64,000 nt of DNA from Candidatus Omnitrophota bacterium. Its GTDB lineage: Bacteria > Omnitrophota > Gorgyraeia > Tantalellales > Tantalellaceae. The stretch spans positions 133,547 through 197,546 of the forward strand of contig JADGBR010000002.1 in NCBI GenBank assembly GCA_015231405.1, written 5' to 3'. The notes beneath the pieces are model-generated. The model did no database searches. It was given only the letters and a program-made list of their open reading frames with translations, and had not been told where the DNA came from. Positions within the stretch are counted from its first letter, which is position 1, and each line of letters starts with the position of its first letter. This document shows, piece by piece, positions 9,233 to 19,032 of the stretch. Both the position numbers and the translations under genes were made by a program.

Positions 9233-9997
9233 TCATATGGCTTCTATCGCTCCAGATTCCACCCAGCCGCTTTTTTGACTTGAGAGTCGTATATGCGTCC
9301 AGGCGCCGTCTTTACCGAGGATCTGGGCTTTCATGCCTTCAACTAATTTGAACGCCACAACGCCTGTGAATGAAGGGCTGTATCGCACTTCTGCTTCCGG
9401 CTCCGTAACGATACCCTCTCTAAAATATTTTTTGGCGTTATAACCGTCAATAAAAGCCGCGAGCGATATCATGAAGAACAGTAAGAGTATCCCCGAGATC
9501 ACGCGGCTCCTGGCCTGGAAACCGTAACTCAGGGACCCGGCGCCCATGAGGAGACAAACTGACGAAAAAAAGACAACGGAAAAGATGAACCATGTTTTAA
9601 GGCGGAAAGCGTCTCTCACTCCCGTCCATACCCTGTAGATGAGCGATTGTCTTTCCAGCGGCGGAGCGAAGTCCGTCGCGGCCCTTATGAAAGATATATT
9701 AGCGAAAAGGTCTTCGTTATTCGGTATATATTTCGCCGCGCGTTCGTAATTGACAAGGGCCTTCCCTTTTTTGCCAAGTTTATAATACGTGTTCCCGAGA
9801 TTGTAATATAAGTTCCCGCTCTTTACCCCGTCAGAGATGAGGCTTTCGTATAGAACTGAGGCTTCCCGAAACCTATCCTCATCGTAGTTCCTGTTGGCCG
9901 TGTTGAATATTTCGTCCGGCGTCTCGGCGCGTGAGAACGTCGTTCCCGGGATAATAAGAATGATAGCGATAAAGGCGCATCTCATTATTAGTTTCAT
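9233..9997 (-). CDS. batE: BatE-like TPR + SH3 protein
   Basis: LYYNLGNTYYKLG TPR, 2 TM, C-terminal SH3b (KSGWV); last gene of Bat operon. Confidence 0.85.
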   Translation of the reverse strand: MKLIMRCAFIAIILIIPGTTFSRAETPDEIFNTANRNYDEDRFREASVLYESLISDGVKSGNLYYNLGNTYYKLGKKGKALVNYERAAKYIPNNEDLFANISFIRAATDFAPPLERQSLIYRVWTGVRDAFRLKTWFIFSVVFFSSVCLLMGAGSLSYGFQARSRVISGILLLFFMISLAAFIDGYNAKKYFREGIVTEPEAEVRYSPSFTGVVAFKLVEGMKAQILGKDGAWTHIRLSSQKSGWVESGAIEAI

Positions 9998-11898
9998 CTT
10001 AAGGTCCTTTCGAGCCGGGCGACTATATCGTTAGCGGTTTTAAAGTCCTTTTCCAGTTTAAGCGTATCCGCTGACATCGACGAATATACAGCCTCGTTCG
10101 CGCTATGGTACAGGGCTTTAAGCTCTTCCCGTTCTTTTTCGGCAAGGCATTTATCTCCGAGCTCATCCGCTATCGTCACCCCTACGCTTCCAAGCTGACG
10201 GTTCAGTTTTTCCGAAAGATACATGTTCAAGCCCTTTATGAGGGTATCGTAAAAATCCCTCGTCTCGCCTTTACGTAAATATCCCTCGGCGTTCCTGAAA
10301 AACTCCCTGGATCTTCTGAACGCCCCGCGGCTACGGGCGAAAGCCGCGTCCGTATCCAGCTTCCGGCGGCGCGTCCCCGCGAAGAACATCCCGATATAGA
10401 CCACTAAAGGAGGAAGGAATGAGAATAACCATACAGCCGGATCCTCATACGCCGGTTTTTCCGCTTTTACGACCTTACCTATATCGGTCATGATGTAATG
10501 AATATCTTTTTTCAGCACTTTAAGCTCCCTCTTATCGGATCCGGAGCCGCCTTCGGGAGTTAAAGTCACTACCTGTACTTCCGTTTCCTTTTCCGCGGGA
10601 GCGACATGTATATTGAACGGCCCTCTTTTTTCCGTCTGGTATTTACCCGTTGAGGGATTAAAGAAAATAAATGAGATATCGGGTATCCGGAAATCCCCGG
10701 CTGAACGCGGTATAAGGACCTTTTCGAATACCTTCTCTCCCCTGGACTCGCCTCCCGACTGTGACACGTTAACCTTGCTCTCGGGCTCATAACTTTTAAA
10801 ATCCTCTGATCCGGGTATTTGCGGCAGCTCCAGCTGTTCGATATTCCCGGAGCCTCTCACCTTCATGGTAAGCGTGATCGGCTCACCCGCCTTAAGAGCG
10901 ACCGGTTTCACATCGACATCGAACGTGAATTTTCCGACAGCTCCGTTATAGCCTACCGGCTTTTCATCGCCGGGGACCTCTTTTACCGTAAGGGTCATAT
11001 CGTTCGACCTCGCGGCGAAAGGTTCCGTGACAGCGTCTCTACCCAGACCGAAGAAATCGTTCATATCCGAATCGAAGAAACTGTCAATAACGCTCCTCGG
11101 CCTTGAGCGCTTGTACCCTGTGACCACGTCGCACTTCAGGAACACGGGCTCCAGCGGATAGATCCCTGCGGAAACAGGGGTGAGTATCTTCTGGAACGAT
11201 ATCACCATGTATTCCTGTCCTTTAAAGAATTCCCGCGTCCTCTGGGCCGGTATCTGTTTATCGCCGTTAACTATCAGCCTTTGATAATTGCGCTCGTCGT
11301 CCATGGGAGGATCCGAGATAAGAAAGTTCTTCAGCCCGTCAAGCCATGGGACATTTATGGAATAATTTCCGATATCCTTGCTGAAATACCATTTAAAGGT
11401 GAGGACGATCTTCTCCCCGAGATACGCTTCGGTTTTGTCCGCCCTCGCATCCAGGAAAATATCGCCTCTTTTTTCCGACTGGTCGAGGACATTCACCTGG
11501 AACGGCTCGGTCATGAACCTCTTCCCGTTAACGTTAACGGGAATGGACGGCACGGTGAACGTTCCCTTCTCCACAGGCATGAGCTCAAAATCGAAGCTAT
11601 ATCCTCCCCCGGTGCTTTCGTTCTTCACCTGGCGGCCGTTAATTATGACGGTCATGCTCGAGAAACCTTCCTGCCTGGCGCCGCGGTATTTTATGTTAAA
11701 ACCCGGTATTTCGGGAATGACCGGGGGAACTGGGTTCGCTACGCCGCTCTCGATAATGGTCAGTATCACGCTGTCGCCGAGTATTATCTCCTTCTGGCTG
11801 ACAGACATGCTGACCTTTTCACCGTCGGCCCCCGCCGTGATAGAGAGAAAGGAGATCAATACCCCCATGATCAATGGACTACCAATCTTTTTCAACAT
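9994..11898 (-). CDS. batD: BatD (Ig-like oxygen-tolerance protein)
   Basis: Signal peptide MLKKIG.., GAVGKF, GEPITL..GSGNI, FFNPSTGKY, C-terminal TM; start at 11898 rather than 12090. Confidence 0.88.
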   Translation of the reverse strand: MLKKIGSPLIMGVLISFLSITAGADGEKVSMSVSQKEIILGDSVILTIIESGVANPVPPVIPEIPGFNIKYRGARQEGFSSMTVIINGRQVKNESTGGGYSFDFELMPVEKGTFTVPSIPVNVNGKRFMTEPFQVNVLDQSEKRGDIFLDARADKTEAYLGEKIVLTFKWYFSKDIGNYSINVPWLDGLKNFLISDPPMDDERNYQRLIVNGDKQIPAQRTREFFKGQEYMVISFQKILTPVSAGIYPLEPVFLKCDVVTGYKRSRPRSVIDSFFDSDMNDFFGLGRDAVTEPFAARSNDMTLTVKEVPGDEKPVGYNGAVGKFTFDVDVKPVALKAGEPITLTMKVRGSGNIEQLELPQIPGSEDFKSYEPESKVNVSQSGGESRGEKVFEKVLIPRSAGDFRIPDISFIFFNPSTGKYQTEKRGPFNIHVAPAEKETEVQVVTLTPEGGSGSDKRELKVLKKDIHYIMTDIGKVVKAEKPAYEDPAVWLFSFLPPLVVYIGMFFAGTRRRKLDTDAAFARSRGAFRRSREFFRNAEGYLRKGETRDFYDTLIKGLNMYLSEKLNRQLGSVGVTIADELGDKCLAEKEREELKALYHSANEAVYSSMSADTLKLEKDFKTANDIVARLERTLR

Positions 11899-12823
11899 AA
11901 TATCCCCGGCCTTTTTTTGATACCTGCTGGCTGGTAAGCTGGTTATTCTTATGGTCCCTGTCGAAAACGGTGAGGAATTTTTCGGCCTCCTCTTTTGAAG
12001 TGTCTTTTTTATCTTTACCGCCGGCCTCGGACTGTTTGTCCTTATCCCTGTCTTTGGGCTCTCCTTTCTCGGAGGAGCTGGATTGTTCACCTTCGTCGCC
12101 TTCCTTCTTATCCTCTTTATCAGCCGCCAGCATCGCCTTTTCCTTATCGGCTCCGGACTCTTTTTCCTCTCCTTCCTTCACGTCTTCCTTATTTAGGTCC
12201 TTGACGGATGCCGCCTCAGTTTTATCTTCTCCCTGTTTTTCGTCTTCATTATTCTGCTTCGCGCCGTCTGACTGCGAGGCCTGCTGTTTTTGACCGTCCT
12301 CTTTTTGCCGGTCCTCGCGCTCCTTATTCTCTTCGGCGGCCTTCTTCATAGTGTCCTTGGCCTTTGAAAGCATTTCCTTGATCATGCGCTCGGTATATTC
12401 GACGTTATACTTCGCGTCCTGGTCGTTTGGGTCCCTGGCGAGAGCCTGTTTGTAATATTCAAGCGCTTCACGGAGTTCACCCTGGTTAAAAAGGGCATTA
12501 CCGATATTATACATCGCTTTCGCCTCGATCGCTCTATCTCCTTTTTCCATGGATTTCCGGTATGAATCCACAGCCTCTTTATACTTAGCCTGCCTGAAAA
12601 ATACGTTCCCCATATTAAAGAACATCTCAGGGCTTGTCGGAAAGTCTATCCCGGCGTCGTTATACTTGGTGAGAGCCTTATCGTATTCTTTTTTGGCGAA
12701 TAATTTATTACCTTCTGATATTTTCCCGCTTAACCCGCCTCCGGCGGATGCGTCCCTCGACCCGCAACATAGGATAAGTCCCAATATCAGAATGACCGTT
12801 TTACTGTTCTTTATCTCTCTCAT
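11879..12823 (-). CDS. batC: BatC-like TPR protein
   Basis: TPRs (FNMGN, YNIGN, DAKYN), long charged linker, C-terminal KDW. Confidence 0.88.
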   Translation of the reverse strand: MREIKNSKTVILILGLILCCGSRDASAGGGLSGKISEGNKLFAKKEYDKALTKYNDAGIDFPTSPEMFFNMGNVFFRQAKYKEAVDSYRKSMEKGDRAIEAKAMYNIGNALFNQGELREALEYYKQALARDPNDQDAKYNVEYTERMIKEMLSKAKDTMKKAAEENKEREDRQKEDGQKQQASQSDGAKQNNEDEKQGEDKTEAASVKDLNKEDVKEGEEKESGADKEKAMLAADKEDKKEGDEGEQSSSSEKGEPKDRDKDKQSEAGGKDKKDTSKEEAEKFLTVFDRDHKNNQLTSQQVSKKGRGYYVEKDW

Positions 12824-13827
12824 GGTTTTACCCTCTTACGTTCCCCTATCACGGCCTCTATTACGTACAGTAGGATAGAAACAAAAAGCGGCCATTGGAA
12901 ACGGCTCTCGTAACGTTTCTGCCGTGACGATTCCAGTTCCTTTTTTTCCATCTTTGAGAGTTCGTCCTTATATATCTCTTCCAGAGGGAAACTCCCCGTC
13001 CCGATCGTCCCTTTTTTCCCTCCCGTCATTAGAGCGATCTTCTGCAACAATACAGGGTCTAACTTCGAAAGAACTATATTGCCGTCCTTATCCTTTATAA
13101 ATCCCTTCCTGCCGTCCTCGTCGAATACCGGGATAGGTGCCCCTTCCTGTTTCCCTATACCGATAGTGAATATCACAACCCCACGGTTCTTAGCCTCCTC
13201 TACCTCGTGCATGACCGTGTCGCCGTGGTCCTCACCGTCGGTGATAAGGATAAGCACCCGGTGTTTTTTCTCATGCCCCTCGAAAGCCTCCGTCCCGGCT
13301 TTTATGGCTTCACCTAAATTGGTCCCTCCCAGCGGTATCGTATTGACGTCCAGGTTATCGAGGAAAAGCTTGGCGGTCCCGTAATCCAGAGTGAGGGGAC
13401 ATTCCAGGAAAGCGCTCCCCGCGAAAGCGACTAAGGCTATCCTGTCTCCTTTCATTATATTTATGAGGCTCTTGATCTCACGCTTCGCGCCCTCAAGCCT
13501 CGTCGGTTTTATGTCTTCGGCCATCATGCTTTTCGAAAGATCGAGAGCGACGACGATATCCAGGCCTTTCCTTTTCACGTCCTTCCACTGGTATCCCCAT
13601 TGGGGCTGGCCCAGGGCGACCGCCAGGAAGAATAGGGCTGACAGGAAAAGTGCGGCGCGGATCTTCCTCGCGCGAAAATCAACCGACTTGACCAGGTGCT
13701 CAAGGACTACCCTGTCCGCAAAAGCCTCCAGTGCCTTCTGTTTCGCCTTGAACGCCCACATGAAGAATATCCCGACAGCTGCGACCGCCAACAAAAGCCA
13801 GAGATATCCGGGATCGCCGAACCTCAT
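12820..13827 (-). CDS. batB: BatB vWA-domain protein
   Basis: PQWG, DLSKSM MIDAS, PLTLDY, ITDGED. Confidence 0.9.
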   Translation of the reverse strand: MRFGDPGYLWLLLAVAAVGIFFMWAFKAKQKALEAFADRVVLEHLVKSVDFRARKIRAALFLSALFFLAVALGQPQWGYQWKDVKRKGLDIVVALDLSKSMMAEDIKPTRLEGAKREIKSLINIMKGDRIALVAFAGSAFLECPLTLDYGTAKLFLDNLDVNTIPLGGTNLGEAIKAGTEAFEGHEKKHRVLILITDGEDHGDTVMHEVEEAKNRGVVIFTIGIGKQEGAPIPVFDEDGRKGFIKDKDGNIVLSKLDPVLLQKIALMTGGKKGTIGTGSFPLEEIYKDELSKMEKKELESSRQKRYESRFQWPLFVSILLYVIEAVIGERKRVKP

Positions 13828-13835
13828 TTAAGCTC

Positions 13836-14834
13836 CTATGGTAATGTCCTTAAGACAGTGTTACGCAATACTACCTCTATAAGCATGGCCGCCATCGCGA
13901 ACAACGCGAATAGCGGAAAAAGCTCCCTGTAATCCCCGTACGACGTTATCTCCATTTTCGTTCTTTCCAGCCGGTCTATCTCCGAATAGATCTCCTTGAG
14001 TTTTTCCGTATCGGTTGCCCTGAAATATCTTCCACCCGTCACTTCGGCTATTTTTTGGAGTGACGCGTCGTCAACATCGATCTTCACCCATTGGTACACC
14101 TTATTGCCGAAAAAGTCCCGAGCGGGATATGGCACCTCGCCTTTAGATCCTGCTCCTATAGTGTAGACCTTCACCCCGATCGCGTGAGCCATCTCCGCGG
14201 CATGGTCGGGATCCACGCGCCCGGCGTTATTGATGCCGTCGGTAAGGAGTATCACCACCTTACTTTTACTGTCCACGTCTTTAAGTCTTGCGAGCGCCGT
14301 CGAGAGCCCGTCGCCCACAGCCGTACCGTCCTCGACCATACCGATATCGATCCTGTCCAGGAACTTAAGAAGGACCCCGTAATCAAGGGTGAGCGGACAC
14401 TGCATATAAGCCGCGCCTGCGAATACCACAAGCCCGATACGGTCGTTGGAACGTTTTTTTATAAAATCCCTTACGACCTCCTTAACCGCTTCCAGGCGGT
14501 TCTTACGCTCTCCCTTAAGGACAAAATCCTCAGCCATCATGCTCCCCGATACGTCGACGCCGAGCACTATATCTATCCCTTCCGATCTTACCTTTGTCTC
14601 CTCGATCCCTTTTTGAGGCCTCATAAGCGCTAACACGAGGAGACATAGGGCAAGCGCCCTTAGCGCGATCAGAATATGCCTGGCCTTAAGGTTATTAGAC
14701 GGTTTCAGCCGCTTCAGGTTCTTTACGGACGAATATTTTATCCGGCCTTGGGGGCTGTGTTTCACGTACACCCATATCACTACGGGCACGAAAATGAAGA
14801 TCCAAACAATATTAATAAGATCGCTGAATATCAT
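13836..14834 (-). CDS. batA: BatA vWA-domain protein
   Basis: DVSGSM MIDAS, DGTAVGD, LLTDG, TGGRYFRA. Confidence 0.92.
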   Translation of the reverse strand: MIFSDLINIVWIFIFVPVVIWVYVKHSPQGRIKYSSVKNLKRLKPSNNLKARHILIALRALALCLLVLALMRPQKGIEETKVRSEGIDIVLGVDVSGSMMAEDFVLKGERKNRLEAVKEVVRDFIKKRSNDRIGLVVFAGAAYMQCPLTLDYGVLLKFLDRIDIGMVEDGTAVGDGLSTALARLKDVDSKSKVVILLTDGINNAGRVDPDHAAEMAHAIGVKVYTIGAGSKGEVPYPARDFFGNKVYQWVKIDVDDASLQKIAEVTGGRYFRATDTEKLKEIYSEIDRLERTKMEITSYGDYRELFPLFALFAMAAMLIEVVLRNTVLRTLP

Positions 14835-14863
14835 TTCCCCTTTCCCTCGTATGTTTACGTTTA

Positions 14864-14937
14864 TTGTCAGTTGCCGGTTGCCCGTTGCCGGTTAACGGAA
14901 TACAACAACTGGCAACTGGCAACTGACAACGGACAAC
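14864..14937. repeat. Inverted pair of 7-bp tandem repeats (TTGYCVG)n / (CTGRCAA)n
   Basis: ttgtcag ttgccgg ttgcccg ttgccgg ... aactggc aactggc aactgac aacggac. Confidence 0.85.
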
Positions 14938-14939
14938 GA

Positions 14940-15992
14940 TCATATTCGTTCCTTAAAAAGCGAATCTTCCCCGATAGCGGGGTCAGGCACCTTTTTCCTG
15001 TCCACCGGCGGAACTGTCTCAGTTGTCGCTACGACAAAATCACGCGCCGTCCTTATTATTTCGTTACCGTGGAACCTACCCGGATCGTATCCGGCGTATT
15101 TAACGAGATCACTCAGCTCCATGAACTCTTTCAACGGCCCGATGAACATTTTGTCCAGCTTATCCGAATTCCTGACATTACCCAGGAATTCTTCCGTGGT
15201 CTGTTCGGGCGCCCTTAAGGCGAAACGCCCCTCCAGGTATGTCCTTAAACATAAGGAAACCAGATAATAATGTTCTTTTGTCCTACCCTTCCCGCAAAGG
15301 TCCATATCTTCGATCCTTGTAAGTTCTAGAAGCGCTGTCTCATTAGGCGATAAAGGCGCTTTCTCTTCCTTTCGCGCGAATTTCTTCCTGTATAATGACC
15401 ACGATGCCGCGCCTCCAATGAGAACTAAGACAAGGATAGTAACGGCAAGAAGGACCGGCGTCCCGGACTTGACCGTCAAAGGCCCTTTGATATCCCGAAG
15501 CCCTTCTTTTTCGCCGGGCTTATCCATCACGCTTTTAACTTCAATGAAGATCTCGCTCGACTTCAGCTCGCTGAAAATACCGTCAGCCGACTTTATCCTC
15601 ACGATCTGCCCAGGTATTACGTAAGAACCGGTAGTATAGGTATCCATGAGATACCATTGGCTTTTACGGACGCGGCTCATTCCTAATTTTTTGTCGTCTT
15701 TCCCGAAATCTTTTACCGCAAACCCTCCCATTCCCGAAGAGTAGGAAGGGAATTCGGCCTCCATCCCTTTCTCCAGGTCTATCTCCAGTGTGTATTTCAC
15801 ATTTTCACCGATGGTTATTGTCGACTTATCCACGTAGGCGCGAAGTTCCGCCATCGCCGCTTTCGAAGTTGAAGTATACGCCCCCGTGAGCATGCCCTGA
15901 TCATTATCCTCGCCATAGGCTGTAACAAACCCGGATAGATATCCTGCCAGCAGAGATAACGCTAATATAGATATAAGGTTCAATCGTTTCAT
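14940..15992 (-). CDS. Bat-operon membrane-anchored BatD-like/DUF4381-type protein
   Basis: Signal peptide, Ig-like domain, LRDIKGP, TM, YLEGRF..APEQTTEEF, DLVKYA; start at 15992 (the ORF-track extension is repeat DNA). Confidence 0.8.
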   Translation of the reverse strand: MKRLNLISILALSLLAGYLSGFVTAYGEDNDQGMLTGAYTSTSKAAMAELRAYVDKSTITIGENVKYTLEIDLEKGMEAEFPSYSSGMGGFAVKDFGKDDKKLGMSRVRKSQWYLMDTYTTGSYVIPGQIVRIKSADGIFSELKSSEIFIEVKSVMDKPGEKEGLRDIKGPLTVKSGTPVLLAVTILVLVLIGGAASWSLYRKKFARKEEKAPLSPNETALLELTRIEDMDLCGKGRTKEHYYLVSLCLRTYLEGRFALRAPEQTTEEFLGNVRNSDKLDKMFIGPLKEFMELSDLVKYAGYDPGRFHGNEIIRTARDFVVATTETVPPVDRKKVPDPAIGEDSLFKERI

Positions 15993-16006
15993 CCCACTCT
16001 TTCCCC

Positions 16007-16079
16007 CGTCATTGCGAGCGAAGCGAAGCAATCCCTATATAGATCGCTTCGTCGGCCTCAGGGCCTCCTCGCGATGACG
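16007..16079. repeat. CGTC-type palindromic REP-like element
   Basis: CGTCATTGCGAG..GAAGCAATC..GATCGCTTC..CTCGCGATGACG; family copies at 52444, 55998 and 57460. Confidence 0.9.
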
Positions 16080-16080
16080 A

Positions 16081-17157
16081 TCAATTTTCCAGTCCTTCTC
16101 CTTCTTTCTTTCCTTCCGGCGATCCTTCGTCGTCCGGGGCTTTTTCGTCCGGGGCTTCGGCCTTGAACTTTTCGCTGTATATTTCCACGTCTTTTACGGA
16201 CAGTATCTCGTCCATGAACTTCGCCAGGCCTTTCTGCGCTTTTTCCTGGCGATAGGCCATCTCAACTTCGGCTCTCGCTTCGTCAAAAGCCTTCACCTTC
16301 CCGTCTTTCTTATCGGTAAATTTTTCTTTGTTCGCCTCATAATAATTACTGAGATCCGCCTCTTCGCTCTTTATCTTAGAGAAGACCTCGTCTTCGAGGA
16401 CCTTCCTTATGACCAGTTCTTTCTCGATCTCACCGGCTCTCTGTTTCACCTGTGGATCCCGGTGATACCCCATCTTCATCCCTTTCTCGTAGAAAAGTTC
16501 GTTGGCGACATACGTTCTCAGAAATTCCAGTTTTTTTGAATCGTTTTTTGTATACGCTTTTTCCATCCAGGGCGGCAGCTGCTCCATCTCACGGTTTATC
16601 TCGCTCATGGTGATCTCCCTGTCCTTGATCCTTGCCACGACTTCGCCTGACGGTTTTTTTGTTCCCTTGTCTTGGGCAAGGAGGGTCCTCTTCTCCATTT
16701 GATATTCCGCGTCAAGCGCCCGGTCGGACCTTTCGAGGCACGTTACGATGTTATTTCCTATTTCCTGTTTAAGCTTAGTCGCGGGATCGGCTATCTCCGC
16801 CTTATAAAAATAAGCCAGCGCTTCATCGTATTTTTTCGCGCCCATCAGCATCTCGCCTATCGTAAAATAGATATTGGACCGGGCGCTTTTGTCCACGCCT
16901 CCTTTCTCGACATATTCCTCATAAGCCTTCCTGGCCTCCTCGACCAGTCCGTCCCCCTTAAGTTTATTGGCGTATTCCCTTATCTGGCCGGCGCTCCAGG
17001 ACCCTTCCCTGCCGCCCCGCTTCGTCAGAGTGATCGTATTTAAGAGGATAAAAACGTTGACGACCGTAAGAACGGATAACAACACCGCGACCGCCTGACG
17101 AGCCCCATTGCCCCCTTCCTTCTTTTCTTTTTCGGGTAATATAGTTACCATTTTCAC
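16081..17157 (-). CDS. Membrane-anchored TPR + PrsA/SurA-like chaperone lacking the parvulin domain
   Basis: TM, TPR (IYFTIGEML..YDEALAYFYKAE), EVVARIKDREIT, YYEANKEKF joined almost directly to AFDEARAEVE. Confidence 0.7.
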   Translation of the reverse strand: MKMVTILPEKEKKEGGNGARQAVAVLLSVLTVVNVFILLNTITLTKRGGREGSWSAGQIREYANKLKGDGLVEEARKAYEEYVEKGGVDKSARSNIYFTIGEMLMGAKKYDEALAYFYKAEIADPATKLKQEIGNNIVTCLERSDRALDAEYQMEKRTLLAQDKGTKKPSGEVVARIKDREITMSEINREMEQLPPWMEKAYTKNDSKKLEFLRTYVANELFYEKGMKMGYHRDPQVKQRAGEIEKELVIRKVLEDEVFSKIKSEEADLSNYYEANKEKFTDKKDGKVKAFDEARAEVEMAYRQEKAQKGLAKFMDEILSVKDVEIYSEKFKAEAPDEKAPDDEGSPEGKKEGEGLEN

Positions 17158-17163
17158 TTCTCC

Positions 17164-18039
17164 TTATCTTTTCCTTTCTCTTCGCCTGAAGAACTTCATA
17201 AAAGGCTCCACATATGAGCCGCCGGTCTCGACATGGATCATGTCCATGTCGATCTTTCTGAAGAATCTGTCCCTGTCGGCCGCTTCTTTTCCCGCCAGGA
17301 CCTTTATCCCTTTCTGGAGGTTCGGGTCGGAGCTGTCCACTAGAAGCACCTCGCCCGTCTCGGCGTCCTCGAGCTCTATCAGCCCCAGCCCCGGGAACTC
17401 CCTTTCACGCTCGTCGCCTATGACCACGGCTATTATGTCGTGCCGCTTATTCGCTATCTGGAGGGCCCTTTCGTACCCTTCGGTCATGAAGTCCGATACC
17501 AGGAAGGTTACCATCCGTTTCTTGTTGACGGAATTGAAGAACTCGATCGACGCGGCTATGTCCGTACCTTTATGTTCGGGTTTGAAGGATAATATCTCGC
17601 TTATTACATGGAGCACGTGGCGTTTGCCTTTTTTCGGAGGGATATACTTCTCTACGGTATCGGTAAATATCACGAGCCCCACCTTATCATTGTTCTTTAT
17701 GGCCGAAAAGGCGAGCATCGCGCATAGCTCCGCCGCGTACTCGTTCTTAAGCTGCTGTTTCGATCCGAACTCGCCCGATGAGCTCGCGTCCACCATAAGC
17801 ATCACCGTTAGCTCCCTTTCCTCGACGAATTTCTTGACAAAAGGCTTACCCGCCCGGGCAGTCACGTTCCAGTCGATCGTCCGGATCTCGTCGCCGGGCT
17901 GGTACTCGCGCACCTCGTCGAATTCTATACCCCTGCCTTTGAACGTGCTGTGATACGCCCCGGCCAGCATGTCGTTCACAAGGTGCGAGGTATAGATCTG
18001 GATACGCCTCACTTTTTTAAGCAGCTCTTTCGTAAGCAT
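17164..18039 (-). CDS. DUF58 vWA-like protein
   Basis: FKGRGIEFDEVREYQPGDEIRTIDWNVTAR. Confidence 0.95.
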   Translation of the reverse strand: MLTKELLKKVRRIQIYTSHLVNDMLAGAYHSTFKGRGIEFDEVREYQPGDEIRTIDWNVTARAGKPFVKKFVEERELTVMLMVDASSSGEFGSKQQLKNEYAAELCAMLAFSAIKNNDKVGLVIFTDTVEKYIPPKKGKRHVLHVISEILSFKPEHKGTDIAASIEFFNSVNKKRMVTFLVSDFMTEGYERALQIANKRHDIIAVVIGDEREREFPGLGLIELEDAETGEVLLVDSSDPNLQKGIKVLAGKEAADRDRFFRKIDMDMIHVETGGSYVEPFMKFFRRRERKR

Positions 18040-19031
18040 TACGGCACCACCACTGTGTCGAACACCTTGTTTATTATGTCTTCGGCAGATACGTCGTCGG
18101 CTTCGGCCTCATAGGTGATTATCACCCTGTGTCTTAGGACATCCAACCCAATGCTCTTTATATCCTGGGGCGTTACGTAGCCGCGCCCCTGGAGGAACGC
18201 GTAAGCCTTCGCCGCCAGGGTAAGAAATATCGTAGCTCTCGGAGAAGCGCCGTACTCGATATAGTTCTTCACGTCGAGCTTGTATGCTTCGGGCTCGCGT
18301 GTAGCCATTACAATGTCCACAATGTAAGAGGAAAGTTTTTCGTCTATATAAACCTGGTCCACAATGTCCCTTATCCTCAATATATCTTCCGGAGTTATAA
18401 CGCTTTCAACGGCGATCTTCTTCTTAACATGCGCCATCCTTTTAAGTATCTCCTGTTCCTCTTTTTTATTGGGATAAGAAACCTTCAGCTTCAGCATGAA
18501 CCTGTCTACCTGCGCCTCTGGCAGCGGATATGTCCCTTCCTGCTCGATCGGATTCTCGGTGGCCAATACCAGGAACAGCTCCGGGAGCTTTATCGTTTCC
18601 TCGCCTATCGTCACCTGCCTCTCCTGCATGGCCTCGAGAAGCGCGCTTTGCACCTTGGCCGGTGCGCGGTTGATCTCGTCCGCGAGAACTATGTTCGCGA
18701 AGACAGGACCTTTCTTTACCGAAAAACCGGCGTTCCTGGGATCGTATATCTGGGTCCCTATAAGATCGGCCGGAAGAAGGTCGGGAGTGAACTGTATCCT
18801 TTTAAAGGTCGCCTTTATGGCGTTAGCGAGAGTGGATACGGAGAGGGTCTTAGCCAGCCCCGGAACACCATCGAGAAGAACATGCCCATCGGCCAAAAGA
18901 CCGACAAAAAGACGGTCTATCAAATATTCCTGACCCACTATATTCTTGTGGATCTCTTCACGGAGCCTCGTCAATACCCCGCTTTCTTTTTTCACCTTTT
19001 CGGTTAAGGCCTGAATGTCTGTATGTAACAT
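18039..19031 (-). CDS. moxR: MoxR-family AAA+ ATPase
   Basis: GVPGLAKT Walker A, RIQFTPDLLPAD, LADEINRAPAKVQSALLE, GASPRA. Confidence 0.97.
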   Translation of the reverse strand: MLHTDIQALTEKVKKESGVLTRLREEIHKNIVGQEYLIDRLFVGLLADGHVLLDGVPGLAKTLSVSTLANAIKATFKRIQFTPDLLPADLIGTQIYDPRNAGFSVKKGPVFANIVLADEINRAPAKVQSALLEAMQERQVTIGEETIKLPELFLVLATENPIEQEGTYPLPEAQVDRFMLKLKVSYPNKKEEQEILKRMAHVKKKIAVESVITPEDILRIRDIVDQVYIDEKLSSYIVDIVMATREPEAYKLDVKNYIEYGASPRATIFLTLAAKAYAFLQGRGYVTPQDIKSIGLDVLRHRVIITYEAEADDVSAEDIINKVFDTVVVP

Positions 19032-19032
19032 T

